NCBI GenBank assembly: GCA_965197745.1
Contig: CBDANS010000006.1
Span: 512,001 to 576,000 of the forward strand
Origin: Opitutales bacterium
GTDB taxonomy: Bacteria > Verrucomicrobiota > Verrucomicrobiia > Opitutales > PNEW01
DNA: 64,000 nucleotides
Reading direction: 5' to 3'
Under the pieces are notes generated by a model. The model made no database searches. It was not told where the DNA came from and worked only from the letters and a program-made list of their open reading frames with translations. Positions 19,911 through 31,212 of the stretch are shown here, piece after piece. The first letter of the stretch is position 1; every line of letters starts with the position of its first letter. Made by a program: the position numbers and the translations under genes.

Positions 19911-21261
19911 TGGAGTGACCCCCAAAAATGGTATCATTAACAGAGAGAGGTTATCGGGATAAACAGATAACCTCAATGAAAAGAAAAAGATATACAACAG
20001 AACAGATCATAGCAATACTGCGGCAGCCCGATACGGGCAAAACCGTGCAGGAAGTCTGCCACGGCAACAACCTAAGTGAACAGACCTTCTATCGCTGGGG
20101 CAAAAAGTATGGCAACTTGGAGCTGGCTGATGCGAAGCGATTTAAAGAGCTGGAAAAGGAGAATACGGAGCTGAAGAAGATGCTCGCTGATCAAATGCTC
20201 AAGCTTCGGGTGTTGGAGGAAACGCTCTCAAAAAAATGGTGAGCCCAAAGCAGAAGAAGCGAGCAGTAAAAGATGCGGCTGAGAAGGGGCTGTGCTCGTT
20301 TTAGAGGGCTTGTGCTTATCTCAGCCTCAGTTGGTCAACGTACAGCTACCGACCCAAGCAGGCCAGTAAGAAGGCTCAGCAATTGGCCGAGCGGATTTTG
20401 ACCTTGTCCTGGGAACATCCCCGTTACGGTTACCGGCGCATTCGTGCCTTGCTGGTGAAAGAAGGTTGGGCGGCAAGCAGGAAATTTGTACAGGCAGTGC
20501 GACGTTCTTCGGGCTTACAGGTAAAGCCCCCGAAAAAGCGTAGACACCGTCAGGGGATCTCTACTGGGCTCCCTACTAAAGCAACCGGTCGCAATCACGT
20601 CTGGTCCTGGGACTTTGTCCATGATCGTACAGACAATGGCGGTATGCTAAAGATGATGACCTTGATCGATGTACCGAGGAGCTGAAAGCGACGACACTCA
20701 AGCGAAGCGAAGACATATACGCGTAAATGTTTACGCATCCGGGTAGCTCGACAGCTCACCTCAACCGATGTTCTCTCGGTACTCAGCGAAACCATCGATG
20801 AAGAGGGAGTTCCTAGCTATATCCGCAGTGACAACGGCAGTGTTCCGAGGAGCGAAGCGACGACATGCGAAGCCATTCATTGCTCATCAGGTGCAGCAGT
20901 GGTTGTCCGACAAAAAGATCAAGGCGATATATATCGATCCGGGCAGTCCCTGGCAAAACGGTTTCATCGAGTCGTTTCACAACCGCTTACGCGATGAGTG
21001 TTTGAACCGTGAAGTGTTGCTCAGCGTGGCTGAAGCACAAGTTGTAATAGAACAATGGCGTCAGACCTATAACAATGAACATCCCCACAGTCGATTAGGC
21101 TTTAAAAGCCCACAAGAGTTTGTCACATTCCTTTCCGCTCTTGGCCGCGTTCGGGCTACGCCCTCACTGCGCCAAGATCTCTCATATACATCAATCCTAA
21201 AACCATTAACACCCGGTAGTTCTCTCACTTAAAATTTGATACGAAATACGGGGTCCGATCA
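19911..21261 (+). mobile_element. IS3 lineage A, copy 2 (orfB with early TAG and two micro-insertions)
   Basis: Same TIRs and ORFs as 11145-12494. Confidence 0.93.
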
Positions 21262-21348
21262 CTGGGTATTTCTCCGTTTAATGACTTATATCATTTTATA
21301 TTTATCAAGCAATATTCACGTAGCAAGTGAAAGCAGTTAGATCGAATT

Positions 21349-21768
21349 TTATAATACTTGGTCTTGTTTGTTAAAATCAAATGCCTTGATGATTCCAGGA
21401 TATAAATAATCCACAATATTCGGAAGATTTTCTCTTGAGAACCAGCAAGGGGTATGTTGTCCGAAATCATTATTTTCAGTTTTTAAAGTTCCAGACACTA
21501 TTCGGGCCAGATACATAAATGTTATACTGTGCCATGGTTCTTCGGGTCTAATGTTCTGGGCCACTTCAATTAATTTAAGCAATTCAATATCAAATCCAGT
21601 TTCTTCCCGAAATTCCCGGAAAGTTGCTTCTTCAATTGATTCCAGAAACTCTATTCCCCCACCGGGCAGATACCAATTAGTTAATTCCCCATTTTTATAA
21701 TGCGGAACTAACAATACCCTTTCATTTCGAAATACAACTGCACCTGTTCTCGTGTAAATTGTCTTCAC
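21349..21768 (-). CDS. NUDIX hydrolase
   Basis: PGGGIEFLESIEEATFREFREETG Nudix box. Confidence 0.92.
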   Translation of the reverse strand: MKTIYTRTGAVVFRNERVLLVPHYKNGELTNWYLPGGGIEFLESIEEATFREFREETGFDIELLKLIEVAQNIRPEEPWHSITFMYLARIVSGTLKTENNDFGQHTPCWFSRENLPNIVDYLYPGIIKAFDFNKQDQVL

Positions 21769-22190
21769 TGTTTATTTTCTGAAACGAACCATTCATAATT
21801 AGCAGTTGCTACTACAATTTTCTCTACATTCAATATTTCAATCTGAAATGCGATCAGTGCCCTCTTTTTCTTGAAATAGGTTTCATGAAACTTATCCCAA
21901 TCTTCTTTTTCGTAGACACCCTTTGCGTAGACTTGTCCCGTTGCTGGCTTCCGATACTTAATATCTGCCCGGCGTAGAATAGGTAATACCTTTTCTATAT
22001 CTACCTCCAGATTTCGAGAAAGGAATTCTCCACTGGAAGCTTCACCCAAACTATAAATGGCACTGGCATGGATTGTATCGACATGATTTAAATATTTTGG
22101 ATCTGCTGATAGCTGAAATATTCCATCAGTATTTTCTTCACACTTTTGTATTCCTATAATTCTGTTAAATGGCAATTGGGTGATGTCCAT
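21765..22190 (-). CDS. PaaI/hotdog-fold thioesterase-like protein
   Basis: PFNRIIGI, YLNHVDTIHASAIYSLGE, IKYRKPA. Confidence 0.8.
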   Translation of the reverse strand: MDITQLPFNRIIGIQKCEENTDGIFQLSADPKYLNHVDTIHASAIYSLGEASSGEFLSRNLEVDIEKVLPILRRADIKYRKPATGQVYAKGVYEKEDWDKFHETYFKKKRALIAFQIEILNVEKIVVATANYEWFVSENKQ

Positions 22191-22317
22191 TTTATTTCTC
22201 TATTATGGCTATCATTGAATCTCAGCAACTATTCTTGTATCTTTGATCTAAGCCTTACGAATGCCCATCGATTTAATATGCACTAAATTTTTATACCAGC
22301 AGTAAAGCTTCTCGAAA

Positions 22318-22998
22318 TTAAGAAAAGTATGCTGCCAATTCTCCTAAGTTGCCTACTTCCAGTGTTACTTTATCAGCATCTGTGCAGCTTATTACTCTAC
22401 CCTTTCGATTTATCCATATGCCGTCAATTCCGGCATTATAGGCGCCCAGTACGTCACTGGAAAAGGAATCTCCAATGTGTACTACCTCTTCTGCATCTAC
22501 GCCCATTAAGTCGAGCGCTTTTTCAAATATCTCTTTTCGCGGCTTGTAAGATCTGCAGTCTTCGCTCGTAACTACTGAATCGAAAGATAGACCCAGATTT
22601 CCCATCGCTGATAAAATGTCGTTTCGATCGATATTCGAAACGATGCATACAGGAATTGAAAGTGATTCCAGAAAATTCAACGTATCGCTAAATATTCTTG
22701 GATTTTCCCAGTAAGCGTACAATTCCGACGATAGCTGTTCAGCATCGAGGCTGACTTCGAACTTTTCCAGGAGATGCTCCAGGCTTTCACTCTCAAGCCT
22801 TCTTTGTGTTTTAAAGTTTTCGTTAGAAAATCGCTTACAAATTTCGGAAAAATTCCAATTTCTTCCTATTGCTTCCGTATCATTCGATAGGGGTGAAACG
22901 CTCGCAATACTTCGCACAATTCGATCGATGATCTCATCGTCCTCTTCCACAAGCGTTCCATAAAAATCCAGGAATATACATTGATAATTCTTAAGCAT
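22318..22998 (-). CDS. HAD-family hydrolase
   Basis: LDFYGTL, VSN, YKP, HIGDSFSSDVLGA. Confidence 0.92.
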   Translation of the reverse strand: MLKNYQCIFLDFYGTLVEEDDEIIDRIVRSIASVSPLSNDTEAIGRNWNFSEICKRFSNENFKTQRRLESESLEHLLEKFEVSLDAEQLSSELYAYWENPRIFSDTLNFLESLSIPVCIVSNIDRNDILSAMGNLGLSFDSVVTSEDCRSYKPRKEIFEKALDLMGVDAEEVVHIGDSFSSDVLGAYNAGIDGIWINRKGRVISCTDADKVTLEVGNLGELAAYFS

Positions 22999-23595
22999 GC
23001 TCCCAAAGCCTTTTGTAGTGAATTGAACCTGCCCTTCTGTAATCCCTTATTAATTAACTCTATATACTAATATGTAGGCACTTATGAATCAATTTATCGC
23101 TTATGTCCAGAGAAACTAAATAGTAGTATATAGCGTGCAATAGCGAAAAGTGGGGAGCATTAGGGGAGCGGATGTCGCTCAATCTCAATATGTGTTATTA
23201 ACTGTAACAATCGGTAACTTCTGGATGTTAGTCCTAAATACAATGAAGATTCAATTTCAAGTTTAATTCACCGGTGCCCGAGCTCAAGAATTTGCATATA
23301 TAACTCTTAGTCTGAATTCTCAGTAGATAGCATTCTTATTTTATTTGTTTGTGACGGCTATCATCGCGGCCCGCTCTGTAATCTTATGGTGCGCATCACG
23401 TTTAGCACCGGCATTGTTCGCCTGCCTTGCGATCGGGGTAAAGCCCGTTTACCTGTACAACGAGTCTCGGCCGAACAGACTCCTAGACATGCTCTACTTA
23501 ATTCATCACATAAGACGAGGCAAATTAGTAAAACCCCAGCTTATCGGATCCCGTGTCCTGATTGGGCTAAAATCATCAAACCTCATCCAGAATAT

Positions 23596-23630
23596 CTTCT
23601 CAAGTGACTCAGTTCCCGGGGTCACGACCA
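23596..23630 (-). mobile_element. Isolated IS3 lineage-B-like left end
   Basis: Minus strand TGGTCGTGACCCCGGGAACTGAGTCACTTGAGAAG resembles the IRL at 57271. Confidence 0.55.
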
Positions 23631-23734
23631 AACTAATAGCTAGCTGACACTTTATACTTCCCCAACGGATTATCTGTATGATCAAGTCGTAGTTATTACA
23701 TTTAAATTCTACGATTTACTTCTTCCTATAGTGG

Positions 23735-25432
23735 CTACTTCTTTTGATGCTTAGCCAGCCAGGTCTCAGCCCTGTGTTCCGCTTCAGTGATTTGCTCTTC
23801 AGTCATAGCTTTTTTGAGTATGTCTAAATGATTTTGGCTTGTGGGTTCACCTGCGATTGTGGCGAGGCTAATCCACGTATAAGCCCACACATAATCCTGC
23901 GATACCCCATCACCGTTAAAATACATCACACCAAGGTTCAACTGGGCAAGCGCATCTCCCTGCTCAGTTGCTTTGTGCGTCCACTCGAATGCCTTTGCGT
24001 AATCCTGCTCTACACTTTGGCTATAATACATTGCACCTAGATTGACTTGGGCGTGCGCGTGCCCCTGCTCAGCTGCTTTCTCATACCATTTTTGCGCCTT
24101 CTTTATATCCTGTTTGATCACTGAGCTCTGTTTATATACATGGCTTGAAGTATCTATATTACTCCGACTATATCCATAAAGATACCTGTATGGATCTCTG
24201 AAAGCCAACGAGTAGGGGGGATAGTTGTCATATCCCGTTAGCTTTCTTGGTCTCCCGGGAAAAGTTGATTGGTTATAAAGGTGATAAGATTTTATTTTTG
24301 CGCCTCTATCATATATCCTCCCAAGAGTATATTGGGCCTCAACGAATCCCTGTTCAGCTGCTTTTTTATACCAATGGAAAGCTTTCTTTACGTTTTGTCT
24401 GACTCCACGCCCATATTCTAACATCAATCCCAGCTGATATTGAGCATCAGCTAATCCTTGTTCGGCTTCCTTATGAATCCATTTTAATGCGCCCGTATGA
24501 CCCTGTTCGGCCGCTCTGGAATACCACTTTATTGCTCCGACACGATCCTTCATTACACCCTGTCCACGTTCATACATCCACCCAAGAGCAAATTGAGCTT
24601 CCAGGTAATCTAGCCCAGCAGCTTGGTTAATCCATTTGAATGCCACGGTGGAATCTTGCTCTACTCCTCGGCCCTCAGAGTATAATGCCCCAAGGTAGTA
24701 TTGAGCTCCTATGTGCCCCTGTTCAGCCGCCTTGCGATACCACTTTAATGCTTCAGAATTATTCTGTTTTACCCCCTCCCCCTTATTATACAGCATAGCA
24801 AGTCTGTATTGCGCTTTTGTGTGTTCTCGATCAGCAGCCTTACGAAACCAATCGAAAGCCTGTATAGTATCTTTTTCGGTTCCCTGCCCATTGTAATACA
24901 TCAACCCAAGATTGTATTGGGCACTGACCTCTCCTCTTCCAGCTGCTTTACGATATAAATTGAGCGTTTCGGTCTGTGCTTGTTCAGCTGCCTTGTTAAC
25001 AGACTTTAATACCCCGGTATCATGCTGCACCTCCTTTTCTCTATGATATATCGTCATACTAAGCTGGCGAAGGTGGATTCTTGCTTGGCGGTGACCTTTT
25101 GAAGCTGCCCTTTGATACCACTTGCGCGCCTCAGTCACATCCTGCTTAACCCCTCTACCTCTTTCATGCATGAAACCCATGTTGTATAGGGCTTGGGTAT
25201 GTCCCTGTTCGGCTGCTTTTTGATACCACTTGTGTGCCTTGGCATAGTCCCGCACTTGACCTCCCCTTTCATAAACCAGTCCTAGATCAAATTGCGCTTC
25301 AGCATCTCCATTTTCAGCCCGCGCTTTTAATTCTGATAGCTGGCCATCCTCTGTCCCCCATGCAAAGCTGACTAAGAATAAGAAAACGATCAACGATCCC
25401 CAAGACTTCATTCCAAAAATTAAATTAACCAT
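23735..25432 (-). CDS. Sel1-like repeat protein, secreted
   Basis: Signal peptide; many A..WY.KAAEQG...AQY.LG.MY..G.GV repeats. Confidence 0.93.
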   Translation of the reverse strand: MVNLIFGMKSWGSLIVFLFLVSFAWGTEDGQLSELKARAENGDAEAQFDLGLVYERGGQVRDYAKAHKWYQKAAEQGHTQALYNMGFMHERGRGVKQDVTEARKWYQRAASKGHRQARIHLRQLSMTIYHREKEVQHDTGVLKSVNKAAEQAQTETLNLYRKAAGRGEVSAQYNLGLMYYNGQGTEKDTIQAFDWFRKAADREHTKAQYRLAMLYNKGEGVKQNNSEALKWYRKAAEQGHIGAQYYLGALYSEGRGVEQDSTVAFKWINQAAGLDYLEAQFALGWMYERGQGVMKDRVGAIKWYSRAAEQGHTGALKWIHKEAEQGLADAQYQLGLMLEYGRGVRQNVKKAFHWYKKAAEQGFVEAQYTLGRIYDRGAKIKSYHLYNQSTFPGRPRKLTGYDNYPPYSLAFRDPYRYLYGYSRSNIDTSSHVYKQSSVIKQDIKKAQKWYEKAAEQGHAHAQVNLGAMYYSQSVEQDYAKAFEWTHKATEQGDALAQLNLGVMYFNGDGVSQDYVWAYTWISLATIAGEPTSQNHLDILKKAMTEEQITEAEHRAETWLAKHQKK

Positions 25433-25496
25433 CTAACTAAGGCAATCGCCAGGGGAGTAATTATTAAGAGAATTATATATAAAAGTAGTTATGGGT

Positions 25497-26055
25497 GTGC
25501 CCTGATCCCGTAAAACCGGGGTCAAAGATTCAGTCTGACAGGGGTGGGTAACCTAATAAAGAATAGTCGAAAGAAAACCCCATGAACAGCAAGACATAAC
25601 GGTATAAGAAAGAACCCATGATCTATGCTTTAAGGCCGGTTTAAAGCGGACGAAGGATTGCCGAAGCTTGCCGGGTAAAGGCGAGTCTCACTATCGGTGA
25701 TGCAGCACCCCTGAAGCGCTGGTCGACACCTCCATCGGTGGGAGCAAAGTTGCCACCGCACTTGGGGCCTCTGAAGGAATCGGTCTTGCCCAAAACATGA
25801 CCGTAGAAAATAGCTATATTGAGGGTTTCAATGGACGCTTATGTGATGAACTTTCTAACACCGAGATATTTTAACGCTGACTGAAGTGAAAGTAAACTTG
25901 AAGGTCTGGCGGCTTGATTATAATTCTCAAAGACCCCACATATCTCTGAGCTATCGGTCTGCAGCCGAATACGCCCAGAGAGCCGTTTCTAAGCAAATCA
26001 ACACTTACCACCCTGCGCCGGATCTAACACTGGCGTAATCGGTTACAGGGCACGT
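25497..26055 (+). mobile_element. Degenerate, internally deleted IS3 lineage C
   Basis: Fragments of IRL, orfA start, [12 protein letters not shown] and IRR align with 36034-37305. Confidence 0.75.
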
Positions 26056-26238
26056 GTTATTTGGAAAGAGGAATGGGTATCTGATAATGCAATGTTGACT
26101 ATCATGCTTAATCAATTCTTACCTCGAGCTTCCACGAACTGACATTTTCAAAAGGGGTTTTGAAGGGGTGCTCTAAAGCGACAACCATGGGCTCGAATAT
26201 GGCGATGGTTGCCTCATCCGTTCATTCTTTAATTTATT

Positions 26239-26778
26239 TCATTTTATTTGTTCGAGGTCAGGCGAGATCAACCGCTTATTTTGCTTTATCCAATTGTGCA
26301 AAGTTGCTCTGGAGACACCTAAGTTTTTTGCCAGTTTGATGACAGGCAAACCGCGATTGAGTTCTTCTTTTATGTAAGCAACTTCTATATCCAGCTTGCT
26401 TCTACCGCGGGGTCTACCACGACGTTCTGGTTTGCCCTTATGGAATGCAGAAAATTTCTCGAACAGGTCACCAAGATACGGTGAGTCTACGTCCCGATTC
26501 AGCACGATTGAATCGTCTACAGATTGCAACGGAATCCTATTTTCCCAGAGCAGGTACAGCGTATTTGTGATTTCTGATAAGGTTTCACCCAACACTGTGA
26601 TACGTGAGACCACGATTCCCTCGATCATGTCTAGTTTAATCTTGCTCTTTAATTCGTGGACAGACATAAAAGAGTCTATATCAAAATCACTCTTGTTGAT
26701 TGTTCTTGCTTGGCTAGATTCCTGATCATTAGTGGTTTTTTGAATTAACCCGTAAATCTTTTTTCTTTGTCGTTCCAT
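26239..26778 (-). CDS. Resolvase-like protein with C-terminal HTH; catalytic motifs degenerate
   Basis: IVVSRITVLGETLSEI resembles resolvase xVxxLxRLGRS; GRPRG..KLD hinge; LAKNLGVSRATLHNWI HTH. Confidence 0.7.
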   Translation of the reverse strand: MERQRKKIYGLIQKTTNDQESSQARTINKSDFDIDSFMSVHELKSKIKLDMIEGIVVSRITVLGETLSEITNTLYLLWENRIPLQSVDDSIVLNRDVDSPYLGDLFEKFSAFHKGKPERRGRPRGRSKLDIEVAYIKEELNRGLPVIKLAKNLGVSRATLHNWIKQNKRLISPDLEQIK

Positions 26779-27084
26779 TTTTAATTAGTCTTTAATGATT
26801 AAAATATAACAAAACTCTTTTAAAATAAACATAACTGTCAATTATAAAAAAATATATTAAAATAGACAACAGTCCCGCTACTAACCCTTACCTGTACACC
26901 CCATCAAGAGAGAGGGCGTATGCGCTTCTGCGCATTGCAACAGCAAGACGCTCGCAGGCGGCAACGAACATACAGGAGGGTCGAGGTTGCTTTATTCTGG
27001 GATTTACAACTTTCAGCTATTTCTTTGTAGATTACATCTGGTTTCCACGAAGTTTTGATTAGTGGAAATGCTGTGACCGTCAGT

Positions 27085-28143
27085 GCGGTTAAAGCGGATG
27101 CTGGCGGACAAGCTGCTGGGGATAGAGATTCTGCAGGAGACCCTCGAAAAAAAACGGTAAGCCCTGGGCACAAGCGGCAAGTGGCAGAGAGACTTGTGGC
27201 CCGGGGCCAGTGTTCGATGCGTGGAGCGTGCCGATACTTTCACCTGCACCGCTCCACCTATGCGTATCGGGCGAAGTATCCGGATGCCTGGCTAACGAAA
27301 CTGAAGGCGGCAGTAAGGCGGTTATCACGGCAATACGCGAGGTGGGGCTATCCGAAGATCACGAAGCTGTTGAAAGACGAAGGCTGGGAGGTGGGTAAAC
27401 GTCTCGTGCAACGTCTACGACGCGAACTGGCCCTGGCGATCCCCCCACGCAAGCCAAGACGTCGGCGCAGGGGTGTTTCCACCGGGCTGCCGACCAAGGC
27501 CGAACATCCCGACCCTGTTTGGACCTGGGATTTTATCCACGACAAAACGGTCCGCGGTGGCAGTTTAAAAATGTTGACCATGCTCGATGAGTACACCCGC
27601 GAGTATCGAGTGATCCATGTTGATCGCCATATCAATGCGGAAACGGTGCGCGGTATCATGCAAAAACTGCTCGACCCTCATGGGCCGCCACAATATATTC
27701 GCAGCGACAACGGTTCCGTTCCGAGGAGCGAAGCGACGACATGCAAAGCCATTCATTGAAAAGGAATTGAGAGCCTGGCTAACTGCGATGAAAATCAAAA
27801 CCCTCTATATCGAACCAGGAAGCCCTTGGCAGAACGGATACATCGAATCGTTGCATGCCCGTTTTCGCGAGGAGTGTTTAAACCGTGAACAGCTATGGAC
27901 TTTGACCGAAGCCCGCGTGGTGATCGAGGACTGGCGCTGGCTTTACAATAATGTCCGACCCCACCGCAGCCTCGGCAATATCACCCCACGGTGCTTCGCT
28001 GAAGACATTAATACCGAAGGCTTGGGCTCCATTCGGGCTACGCCCTCATTGCGCCCAAGCCTTGACTTCCTCTACCAACTTAACTTCAACATTAACCTCT
28101 CCAGACTAACTCTCTCGGTGGACCAGTTTACGTAACCCGATCA
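27085..28143 (+). mobile_element. IS3 lineage B, 5'-truncated copy
   Basis: Near-identical to the corresponding part of 57271-58587; IRR GTGGACCAGTTTACGTAACCCGATCA. Confidence 0.9.
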
Positions 28144-28173
28144 GGTATAATCGTGTAATTTTATAATTAATAC

Positions 28174-28201
28174 TTGCTAATTACTATATATGTGGTAAAT
28201 T
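28174..28201 (+). promoter_or_regulatory. Candidate promoter overlapped by imperfect palindrome TTACTATATATGTGGTAA (putative BlaI-type operator)
   Basis: TTGCTA, 16 nt, TAAATT preceded by TGG, just upstream of a BlaI-family gene; BlaI repressors are typically autoregulatory. Confidence 0.4.
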
Positions 28202-28208
28202 CCACTAC

Positions 28209-28601
28209 ATGCGTGGTAAAAAGAAGGTAAAGTTGAGCCGTTTAGAATTGGAAGTAATGGAACCGCTATGGAAACTCAAAGAGGCTTCTATTAGACAGAT
28301 CCAGGAGAGCATACCCAAAGACAGGCGCCCAGAATACACGACTGCTCAGACAATTATTAATCGATTGGAAGCAAAGGGGGCGGTTGCTCGTATTAAAAAG
28401 ATAAGTAACGCCCATATCTATGGGCCACTTATCGATAAGAAATCTGCAATCGGGAATTTAGTTGAAGATTTCATCGATACCCTCGGGGGTTCAGTCCAAC
28501 CGATGATGTCTCATCTGGTCGAAACAAGGAAGATCTCATTGAAGGAGTTAAAGGGAATTGAGGCTCTTTTGAAAAGCACTTCAAGAAAAAGGGAAAAATA
28601 A
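28209..28601 (+). CDS. BlaI/MecI/CopY family transcriptional repressor
   Basis: LSRLELEVMEPLW, YTTAQTIINRLEAKG, SHLVE. Confidence 0.92.
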   Translation: MRGKKKVKLSRLELEVMEPLWKLKEASIRQIQESIPKDRRPEYTTAQTIINRLEAKGAVARIKKISNAHIYGPLIDKKSAIGNLVEDFIDTLGGSVQPMMSHLVETRKISLKELKGIEALLKSTSRKREK

Positions 28602-28615
28602 AAATCTCTACTTTC

Positions 28616-30292
28616 ATGATAAATCCTTCTATATCTTTCTGGATAGACTTGGGAAATCATTTATGGCAGGTCACATTGTTTGGTCTCTTCATTATTGGGC
28701 TGATATATTCATTAAAAAGATTACCTGCACGTATTCGATTTTATATTGGATGGATTGGTTTGATAAAATTTATCCTTCCGTCAGCTCTTTTTCTTTTAGT
28801 GCTAGGCGATGTAGTTCGATCCGCTTTTACTTCAAATACAGTATTAACAGAGTCGATCTTGCCATTTAGCGCTAAAATTTCTGAGCCATTATATCTTTTT
28901 AAAAGTTCCGATTTCGTAACGATCGAAACCCATTTTCCTTATGAAATCATTCTTATTTTATTAGGATCTATATGGGTATCAATTTCATTGGCTCTGTTCA
29001 TCTTTTGGCAATTCAAGGTCCATCAATTGTATAGTCATATAAAAGAAAATGCAGTACCTGTTTCAAATTCCATTTCCATTAAAGTAGACAACCTCAAAGA
29101 CTTTTTAGGACTTAAATGTCATGTAAGCTCTCTAATTGCAGACAAGAAGATTGAAACGGGAGTATTTGGTATATTTCGACCAAAGCTGGTTTTAACACGA
29201 GAGCTATTAATGGAGTTCACAGATGAGGAGTTAGATACGATTCTCATCCATGAGTTAATTCACATAAAGCATTGGGATAATCTCTGGGCTCATTTACAGG
29301 TGATTATATTATGTTTATTCTGGTTTCATCCTCTTGTGTGGTGGTTGAACCGACGTATAACTATCGAGTGCGAAAAAGCCTGCGACGAAGCAGTAATCAA
29401 ATATTCCGGGGGAAAGAAAGCGTACGCGTCAGCCATTTATAAAGTTTTTCAGCTCCACTTCGGCTTGAACGTCTACGGATATTCAGGAATTACACAAACA
29501 GGACTAAAAAATCGAATTCAATCTATCTTGAACTTGGAAGCATCTGAAATCTCAATGGCAAAATACCGGTCAGTTATTGTCTTTGTATTAATACTAATAC
29601 TATTGGGGATCAGTATTATTGCGGGGGGGATGTCACCCTTTATCAAAGAATCTCCATCAAAAACAATGACAAACCAATTACCCCATGAGATAGTGGAAGA
29701 AATTGCGACCGAAAATTTAATTACAGAGAGTGAAAGCGCAAATGAGACTGTTTATATAAACCAAATTTTAAATAAGAAGCCCAGGGAAACTATTCCTCAT
29801 ACTTTCTACGTGGAATTAGAAAATTATCTCAGAGTTTTAGATTTTGAGAGAGATAGGATTAACAGGGCGATAAATGATTTAAGAGACTTAAATCATGTAA
29901 ATCCTTCCTATGAAACTATTAACGTCGAGCGGTCACAAATTGGCATGATCGTTGATGTATTAGTACGATTCGACGACTACAGTAATTATCCGCGGGTTAG
30001 AAAAAGTTTTGAACGCGTACAATTCGCGGTGGTTGAAGGGAAATCTGGAAAGTACAAGGATCTAGAACAGATAAGTTTTCCCTATAACATTGAATCGAAT
30101 ATTAAACCACAGGTTAGGAAAAGTTATTTGGGAGAAAATATCTGGATTGGATCATCGATCGCCGTATTTAAAAATAAAACTGCAAAACGAAAAATAAAAT
30201 CTCTAATCATGGCTCTTAATGAAATTGATATAAAAGAAAGAGAAAAATTTCAGGAATTAAGAGATCTAAAAGAGTCGTCCACTAAAAGTTGA
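28616..30292 (+). CDS. BlaR1-like M56 metallopeptidase membrane sensor
   Basis: HELIH zinc motif, FWFHPLVWW, ECEKACDE, LKNRI; no penicillin-binding domain recognised. Confidence 0.9.
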   Translation: MINPSISFWIDLGNHLWQVTLFGLFIIGLIYSLKRLPARIRFYIGWIGLIKFILPSALFLLVLGDVVRSAFTSNTVLTESILPFSAKISEPLYLFKSSDFVTIETHFPYEIILILLGSIWVSISLALFIFWQFKVHQLYSHIKENAVPVSNSISIKVDNLKDFLGLKCHVSSLIADKKIETGVFGIFRPKLVLTRELLMEFTDEELDTILIHELIHIKHWDNLWAHLQVIILCLFWFHPLVWWLNRRITIECEKACDEAVIKYSGGKKAYASAIYKVFQLHFGLNVYGYSGITQTGLKNRIQSILNLEASEISMAKYRSVIVFVLILILLGISIIAGGMSPFIKESPSKTMTNQLPHEIVEEIATENLITESESANETVYINQILNKKPRETIPHTFYVELENYLRVLDFERDRINRAINDLRDLNHVNPSYETINVERSQIGMIVDVLVRFDDYSNYPRVRKSFERVQFAVVEGKSGKYKDLEQISFPYNIESNIKPQVRKSYLGENIWIGSSIAVFKNKTAKRKIKSLIMALNEIDIKEREKFQELRDLKESSTKS

Positions 30293-30978
30293 TAAAAAAT
30301 TCTCCAAAATCTAACACCACATTACACTTAAACAATATGAAATACCTGAATGTCATTATCGCGCTTACAATTATTGCTTGTATTAATTCTGTATTCAGCT
30401 CTGAAGGGGGAGAGATAAACAAAAAAGAAGCTATCATAGAAAAGCTTACTATAGATAATAAACATGGATGTGGTCCTAGTATTAGCGATGGAGAGAGAAT
30501 AGTAATCGAAAAAATAAAGCAGTTAGTTGAAGCAAAAGAATATATTCAAGCGCTTCAAATTCTTGAAAAAGCGATAACGGATGAATCAAGTCCGGCATTA
30601 TTTATTGTTAAAGGAAATGTATACATTAAAGATGGCGAGTTCGAAAAAGCCGCTATTGAATTAGAAAAAACTTTAGATATATATCCGAACTACTTACTCG
30701 TTCAAAAAACTTTAGGGTTTCTTTATACAAGGATGGAGAAATTTGATAAAGCACGTAAGCATTTGTTAAGGGCAATCGAACTCGGAGGTGAAGACGGCCG
30801 TTTGTATGGATTAGTTGGTTATACTTACCAATTAGATGAGGAATGGTTTATAGCAGAAATGTTTTTCCGTGAAGCTTATAAAAGGGATTCTGTGGAACCA
30901 GAATGGAAGGATTCCCTGAACAGGGTAATAGAAGAACAAAATAAGGTAAGAAGTGTAAGGCAAAATATGTCAGGTTAA
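30289..30978 (+). CDS. Tetratricopeptide repeat protein, secreted (likely start ATG 30337)
   Basis: Signal peptide MKYLNVII...; TPR helices. Confidence 0.8.
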   Translation: MIKNSPKSNTTLHLNNMKYLNVIIALTIIACINSVFSSEGGEINKKEAIIEKLTIDNKHGCGPSISDGERIVIEKIKQLVEAKEYIQALQILEKAITDESSPALFIVKGNVYIKDGEFEKAAIELEKTLDIYPNYLLVQKTLGFLYTRMEKFDKARKHLLRAIELGGEDGRLYGLVGYTYQLDEEWFIAEMFFREAYKRDSVEPEWKDSLNRVIEEQNKVRSVRQNMSG

Positions 30979-31212
30979 AATGAAGATTAATAAATTTGAT
31001 CTAATAATATGTCTAACCAGCTGCACTACGTTAATCCTGTCCGTCGATTTTACATATCAAAAGCGTGATATTTAATGAGATTCAAAACGACCGGCAGATC
31101 TTCTTCTTTAACCTCAATTAATTCAACGTTCCTCGATTAGTGCACAGCATGGGATAAATACGATCAGATTTAAGTTTATTAATGGCTTTAAGTAATCAAT
31201 ACTCATCATAAC

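Noticed and set aside
19911..19997. N-terminus MYIFFFSLRLSVYPDNL on the thioesterase ORF (similar text near 11145)
   Set aside because: It is the antisense read of the IS3 left end, not part of the host protein.
23345..23647. ORF-track ORFs here, and the many short antisense ORFs overlapping IS and enzyme genes
   Set aside because: No recognisable motifs; most are shadows of real genes on the other strand or frame.
28209..30292. Beta-lactam resistance locus
   Set aside because: The M56 protein has no recognisable penicillin-binding sensor and there is no beta-lactamase; BlaI/M56 next to an ADOP permease is a common arrangement.
31011..31150. GTCTAAC followed by GCTGCACTA...TAGTGCACAGC, attC-like
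   Set aside because: No convincing R' GTTRRRY or box spacing, and it lies within an operon-like cluster.
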